Below, one piece after another: positions 59,215 to 64,000 of a stretch of 64,000 nt of DNA (positions within the stretch are counted from its first letter, which is position 1; each line of letters opens with the position of its first letter). A program made the position numbers and the translations under genes. The DNA comes from Flammeovirgaceae bacterium (GTDB lineage: Bacteria > Bacteroidota > Bacteroidia > Cytophagales > Cyclobacteriaceae), in contig JBIQIY010000021.1 of the NCBI GenBank assembly GCA_044507775.1, positions 22,766 through 86,765 of the forward strand, given 5' to 3'. A model generated the notes under the pieces. That model was not told the origin of the DNA. It searched no databases and saw nothing but the letters and a program-made list of their open reading frames with translations.

Positions 59215-59742
59215 ATGAAAACGATTAAGCGCCTTGCAGTTTTAATTTTGCCACTAATGATTAATTGCACTAGTGGACATAACGAACAAGAACAAGTTGA
59301 TTCAGGTATGACAAGGAATGACAATCACGCCCCCGCGGTTAATAACGTGGATACCGTCGACGTTGATGAGATTGAGATAACCCGATCGAACCTTCAGATA
59401 GTGAAAATTGATGATACCCCCACGCTCAAAGACTCTACGTCAGAGTATAAAGAGGCATGCGTAAACTGGCGACTGGATGAGGAGGAAATCACGAAAATAT
59501 TCACGATGTCTAGAGTAATATCGGGCTCCGAGATGCACGATTTATACTATGACCTACCTTGCCGAATTCACGGCGAAGTAAGAATCGGGAAAGTATTGTT
59601 CAATTTTATGATAAATGGCGGTTCTTTTGCTTATGTGTACAATTCAAACCAGAACTTCTATCTGGGGTGTTCCCAGGAGAAGTGCAAAGACTTGTTTATT
59701 GAGCAAGGCGGCAATATAGAAAGAGACGTACCGGATTTCTAA
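59215..59742 (+). CDS. Putative immunity lipoprotein for the amidase tip
   Basis: Lipobox-like MINC; directly follows the toxin. Confidence 0.75.
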   Translation: MKTIKRLAVLILPLMINCTSGHNEQEQVDSGMTRNDNHAPAVNNVDTVDVDEIEITRSNLQIVKIDDTPTLKDSTSEYKEACVNWRLDEEEITKIFTMSRVISGSEMHDLYYDLPCRIHGEVRIGKVLFNFMINGGSFAYVYNSNQNFYLGCSQEKCKDLFIEQGGNIERDVPDF

Positions 59743-59760
59743 AGGTTTAAACATACGTCT

Positions 59761-60738
59761 GTGATAATGCAGATAGCTAACTACCATCCGTTTGGACTGA
59801 CGTTTAACTCTTATCAACGCGAGAACTCTCTGGATCAGAAATATCTCTACAACGGAAAAGCGCGTCAAGATGAACTGCAACTCGGTTGGTACGACTACGG
59901 TGCGCGAACGTACATGCCTGATGTCGGACGTTGGGGCGTCACAGATCCGCTTGCTGATAAGTATTTCGATTTCAGCCCTTACAATTATGCCGCAAATAAT
60001 CCGGTAGTATTTATTGATCCCACGGGTGCATACATAACAATTTATTGCGAAGAAGATGGAAAAAAGAAGGAATACAGATATGAATCCGGGACAGCTTATG
60101 AGGGCAATAGCTCCTTCGTTGCTAATACAGTCGCTCAATTAGATTATTTGATCGCGAATGGCGCTGACGCGGTTGCTGAACTGGCAGGCAATCAGGAATT
60201 CAACTGGGGCATAAAATACGTTTCAATGGAACAGCTCCAAAAGAAAGAAGACCGCACACTAGGTGATGGAATAACAACAATGGGATTGGTGGGAACAAAT
60301 TATGCGCAAACATCTTATAATGATCTTGTCGGATTTGAAACGAATACCGGGGGCCATCAAAGCCCTAGCACAACTCTATGTCATGAGGCTGGACACGCAC
60401 GAATAAGTATGCAATACTACCAGCTTGCAAAGAAGTACGTTGAGACTGGTGATGAAAAGTATTTAACTCAAATGAACAGCTTGATGGTGGAAATGAATGA
60501 TAATAATTCACCTGGATTCTTAAGCAATGAAGAAAAGTATGTAAACGATACATACGAAACGCCTTGGGCGATCAAGATGGGTGAAGGAGTAAGGACTAGC
60601 GACTATGGGAATAGGGTATATCAGACGGCAGGCCCGTTTACTTCATATCCTGCTTCAACTCCAGGTCCGGTGAACTCACCCTTAGGGATAATACCGCCAA
60701 GCGTGTGGTTAAGAATTTACGGAAGCAAACAAAAATGA
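59761..60738 (+). pseudogene. Orphan RHS cassette 3 with HExxH metallopeptidase tip (M91/NleD-like)
   Basis: NYHPFGLTFNSYQRENS..WYDYGAR.Y.PDVGRW..DPLA..SPYNYAANNPVVFIDPTG, then SPSTTLCHEAGHA and NEEKYV..MGEGVR; begins just after the previous stop. Confidence 0.85.
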
Positions 60739-60742
60739 GGTC

Positions 60743-61123
60743 ATGAGATTATTCGCTTTTCTCTTTTTTTTGATGTCGGCTAATTGCAAAACGATTTCGC
60801 AGAACGAGAACGAATGCGATACTGTTTACCAAGTAGTTGATGAAGCACCTGTTTACAAGAACGGCCAAACTGATCTTATAGATGCCGTCAAGAAATTTCG
60901 GTTTTCAAAGTACTGCAAGCCTGAAGAAGTTAGGCAAATTACTTGGGTGCTGAATGCCAGTGGAAAAGTAATTAGTGTTGATGTGCTAAGTGCAAAAGGT
61001 GACTGTTTAAAAGAAATTGAGGAGCAGGCCAGACAGTTGTCGCCGTGGGCTCCAGGAAAACTTAAGGGTAAACCAGTGTGCGTGAAGGTGGTTATGCCGA
61101 TCAAAATCTGGCTGACGGATTGA
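60743..61123 (+). CDS. TonB C-terminal-domain-like exported protein in the immunity position
   Basis: Signal peptide/lipobox SANC; VYQVVDEAPVYKNG, WVLNASGKV, PWAPGKLKGKPVCVKVVMPI; lacks the TonB Pro-rich linker. Confidence 0.7.
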   Translation: MRLFAFLFFLMSANCKTISQNENECDTVYQVVDEAPVYKNGQTDLIDAVKKFRFSKYCKPEEVRQITWVLNASGKVISVDVLSAKGDCLKEIEEQARQLSPWAPGKLKGKPVCVKVVMPIKIWLTD

Positions 61124-61127
61124 ACCG

Positions 61128-61949
61128 GAGGGGAATAATTATTATCCGTTTGGACTGACGTTTAACTCGTATCAAAGAGAAAACTCTCTCGATCAGAGAT
61201 ATCTCTACAACAGCATGGAACTCCATGACGAACTCAGTTTGAATTGGTTCGATTATGGAGCAAGGATGTATATGTCGGATATTGGACGGTGGGGAGTAAT
61301 CGATCCGCTATCAGAAGTGAGTAGGCGCTGGAGTCCATATAACTATGCCTTCAATAATCCGATGCGATTTATCGACCCGGATGGCATGTTAACTTACGAT
61401 TGGGTTCATGGTATGTATGTGGATGAAAGTGGAGAACAAGTTAATCAGATAGATGCGATGCAGCAGATTCATAGTGTCGGGGAGAGAGTTCATATTTCGT
61501 CGGGTAATAGGGATCCGCGGGAAGTAAATGAAGGGCGGGATAGTGATTTTGCAAGAGGCCAAGCCCAACAAGGGAGTCTATCTGTATTACAAACTAATAG
61601 CGAGACATTCTTAATAGCTTCTGGCGATTGCTGTGGTGATGGAGAAAAGGCGATTCAATTATTAAAGAATGAGATAAATGAGCTTGAGAAACTTTTTGAA
61701 GAAAAGACGGAACCAGTTCGTAAGGTGCTTAATAATATTCATGAGTGGTACACGCCTGCCCATAAAGAAGCATTAGAAGAACTTGGTATCGATATTTTTG
61801 AAAACCTACCGCAGATTGATAAGTATTTCAAAAATGGGGACCAGGTGTACCATTTTTCCCGCCTCCTGGAAAAGATTCTTTTCGTCCGCCTTCGGATAAT
61901 ATTTTACAACTTGCACCAAAATAATAAAAATATAAGTCCTATTGTATGA
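61128..61949 (+). pseudogene. Orphan RHS cassette 4 with uncharacterised tip
   Basis: EGNNYYPFGLTFNSYQRENS in frame upstream of ORF 61215; WFDYGARMY..SPYNYAFNNPMRFIDPDG; tip 61386-61949. Confidence 0.82.
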
Positions 61950-62755
61950 GGATGGAGATTGATAAAAAGTACTTATCTTTTTTAGATGCAATAATAGCGT
62001 GTGTTGTCCTTGTAGTACTGGGCGTATTTTTAAAATCGTTCCTTCCATGGATTTATGGGGATATACTTTTATATCCTGTTTCAAAATTCCTAATATTCAG
62101 CGCAATAGTTTATGGAGCAATAAAGCTGAGAAATTTGGATACTTCATATCTCTTTCCAAGAAAGAGATATGAAGGTCGTGTCTGGTATTTTTTTGTGATA
62201 ACCGTCTCCCTGTATCTGCTTCAAAGAATTACAACTGACATCATTAATTTGTTAAGCACAAATTCAATAGATTTTATAAAATCAAAAGGCACAGGGTTTT
62301 ATGGATTTCAATCGCGAGGTATTAACCACTTGTTTAGCTTGGTAATTATCGGACCAATTATGGAAGAAATATTATTTAGGGGACTGATTTTGAGGAGTTT
62401 CTTAACGCGTTACAGTGTGCAAAAATCGATTATTCTTTCTTCGCTTCTTTTTGCTTTTCTCCATGTTCTAAGCCCAGATAAATACATTTTTTCGACCTTT
62501 ATTTTTTCGTTTTTGATTGCTGCTTTCATAGCGTGGGTCGCCCTAAAAACGGAAAATATAAAAATTGCAATAGTATGCCACATGTTTTGGAATTTGTCCA
62601 ACTACTTTTTGCTTCCGTTCACCTTCATGATTTTAGCCATTAGGACAGAGACTATTGCTGACGTTATCGTTGCATTGTCGACAATGTGTATTGTTGCGTT
62701 TATCCTATTATCTGTTGGGTTGATTTATTTAAAGAAAGATTTGGTAAAGAACTAG
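61946..62755 (+). CDS. CPBP (CAAX protease/Abi) intramembrane metalloprotease-family protein, putative immunity
   Basis: GPIMEEILFRG, SLLFAFLH, HMFWN motifs; ATGA overlap with cassette 4. Confidence 0.88.
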   Translation: MRMEIDKKYLSFLDAIIACVVLVVLGVFLKSFLPWIYGDILLYPVSKFLIFSAIVYGAIKLRNLDTSYLFPRKRYEGRVWYFFVITVSLYLLQRITTDIINLLSTNSIDFIKSKGTGFYGFQSRGINHLFSLVIIGPIMEEILFRGLILRSFLTRYSVQKSIILSSLLFAFLHVLSPDKYIFSTFIFSFLIAAFIAWVALKTENIKIAIVCHMFWNLSNYFLLPFTFMILAIRTETIADVIVALSTMCIVAFILLSVGLIYLKKDLVKN

Positions 62756-62936
62756 CCGCCCAACAAGGAGGTGGTGGCTGTCCTCCAGGGGTTGATTGTG
62801 ATTGGGTTGCCAATGTAGCCAAAGATGGATTGGACGCGGCGGGATATGCATCTGGTTTTTTAGGAGCGATTCAGATTGAGATGTTAGAATACCGGCAAAT
62901 CCTTTCAATAAAGTTTTAATCAGGTACATTTCCTAA
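62756..62936 (+). pseudogene. Toxin-tip relic (Gly-rich, AQQGGGGCPPGVDC..GLDAAGYASGFLGAI)
   Basis: Starts immediately after the CPBP stop; a second frame ends ..KVLIRYIS* with a TAATG overlap to the next gene. Confidence 0.5.
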
Positions 62937-63448
62937 TGGCTTATAAGATTGATTTTGTAAATCACTGGAAGGCATTGAATTTTTTCATTGTGTCGTCAAT
63001 TCTGATTCTTTTGGGATGCGCATTTATAGGTTGGAATTCGGAGGCTGTTTTGTTCGTTCTCATTTTTTACACTATACTTTCTCTACCTTCTTTTTACCTG
63101 CACCTTGAATACTATTTACAAAACCGAGGTCAACGCTTAGAGGTTTTAGAGCATGAAGTTATTCTCCATAAGAGGAACGGAGAAGTAAGAAGATATCAAA
63201 ATCAGGAGCTACAAAAAATAATACTATATAAATCAGCTAGCTTGGATAGGGGTGGCATTCCATTAACGCCGCTCGAATCTTACCATTATGCACGTATCAT
63301 ATCAAAGCAGGGTGAAGAAATTATTATGACGTGTTTAATGGCTGCTGATGTTGAAAAAGCTATAAAGCAAATAAGATGGGTTCCTTATGAAAGGAAGAAA
63401 CGATTGTTTGCAAGTTTAAATTTTTCATTGCGGTTGCTACCCGATTAA
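62936..63448 (+). CDS. Putative immunity membrane protein (two TMs + soluble domain)
   Basis: Two N-terminal TMs; AT-rich; coupled to the relic. Confidence 0.7.
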   Translation: MAYKIDFVNHWKALNFFIVSSILILLGCAFIGWNSEAVLFVLIFYTILSLPSFYLHLEYYLQNRGQRLEVLEHEVILHKRNGEVRRYQNQELQKIILYKSASLDRGGIPLTPLESYHYARIISKQGEEIIMTCLMAADVEKAIKQIRWVPYERKKRLFASLNFSLRLLPD

Positions 63449-63569
63449 ACGGCTTGGGAAAATTTAGCACAGCTACAAGGCCACAAGCGAGTATCAGGAG
63501 TGGAATAAAACTATCTTGGGCCTTTAAATTAAGCAACCGCTTGAGTAACTGTAAAAACGCAATATGAAT

Positions 63570-63760
63570 TGACAGAAAGTCGATATCACGGCCGAAGTCA
63601 ACAAACGTCGATTTGAAGTAGCTCAGGCATCGGGATTCATGCTAAACAAATTTATGGCGACGTCGTGAATAGTAAAAAGGAGATAGGCATAAAAAGAGAC
63701 CTAAGTGTCGGCTTATTTGGGGTTGTTGATCTTGAGGGGGGCGTTAGCGTAAAGTATTAA
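63570..63760 (+). pseudogene. Degenerate toxin-tip relic
   Basis: SSGIGIHAKQIYGD..IGIKRDLSVGLFGVVDLEGGVSVKY* with an in-frame stop upstream; ends 2 bp before the next ATG. Confidence 0.45.
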
Positions 63761-63762
63761 CG

Positions 63763-64000
63763 ATGACGGAAATAGTTTATTCAATTGTTCTAATTGGCGG
63801 CATAGGGTGTTTTTTATATGCTTTAATATATGATGCGTTTGCTTTGTATGTGATTCATCTGAAATCGTGCTTTGTGACCAAAGGATTTAATATAATAAGC
63901 ATTTCAAAAGTAAGTATTGACGAGGTGAAGGGTGTCAATCAAGAGGAAAATATCGGACCTCAGCCGTTTTTTCCTATTCATTATAGACGGGTGGAGTTCC
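63763..64000 (+). CDS. Putative immunity membrane protein (partial, runs off the window)
   Basis: MTEIVYSIVLIGGIGCFLYALIYDAFALYVIHLK..; open to position 64000. Confidence 0.55.
   Translation, partial: MTEIVYSIVLIGGIGCFLYALIYDAFALYVIHLKSCFVTKGFNIISISKVSIDEVKGVNQEENIGPQPFFPIHYRRVEF

Noticed and set aside
58361-61385. Diversity-generating retroelement TR/VR pair among the repeated RHS cores
   Set aside because: Differences are mostly synonymous and not adenine-specific; no reverse transcriptase is present
61830-61930. Frameshift in the cassette 4 tip (an alternative frame reads WGPGVPFFPPPGKDSFRPPSDNILQLAPK*)
   Set aside because: The annotated frame already ends in an ATGA overlap with the CPBP gene; it cannot be decided without homologues
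1-64000. tRNA, rRNA, riboswitch or transposase genes
   Set aside because: No cloverleaf, rRNA-like tract, known riboswitch consensus or transposase motif recognised by eye; tRNAscan/Infernal would be needed to exclude them formally

Overview
Chromosomal segment of a Bacteroidota bacterium, most consistent with Cytophagales. This placement is inferred from the TAnnTTTG promoters, PafA, the RemB/Wzi-like and porin-family outer-membrane proteins, and Cytophagales-type RHS linker domains. The backbone is housekeeping and metabolic: pafA, an APC permease, rfbD-like, a cyclophilin, hemC, holB, a GlmU-like protein, type-B L31, an MsbA-like ABC transporter, comM/yifB, a MacB/FtsX permease, a PAS kinase, two RNA methyltransferases, typA, an M16 peptidase, icmF, a ceramidase-like protein, SemiSWEET, a sugar epimerase/GMC cluster and a patatin. 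Three accessory layers sit on this backbone. (1) Two AT-richer islands of 5'-truncated orphan RHS toxin cassettes with immunity genes and antisense XRE remnants (about 18.0-21.0 kb and 56.5-64.0 kb). The toxin tips include an Amidase_2-like domain with an apparent +1 frameshift, an HExxH peptidase followed by a TonB-C-like gene in the immunity position, and a tip paired with a CPBP/Abi protease. (2) A dense population of intergenic 7-12 bp tandem repeats, often as inverted pairs starting at stop codons, plus REP-like hairpins and two MITE-like families. (3) A 1.1 kb hierarchical array (52.0-53.2 kb) of four 78 bp cores, each preceded by a heptamer tract and followed by a variable number of 51 bp hairpin modules; it is not a CRISPR. 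A FitAB/VapBC toxin-antitoxin pair and a GtrB-like glycosylation cassette are also present. No tRNA, rRNA, CRISPR-Cas, transposase or phage genes were recognised. Family assignments come from motif recognition by eye, not database searches.
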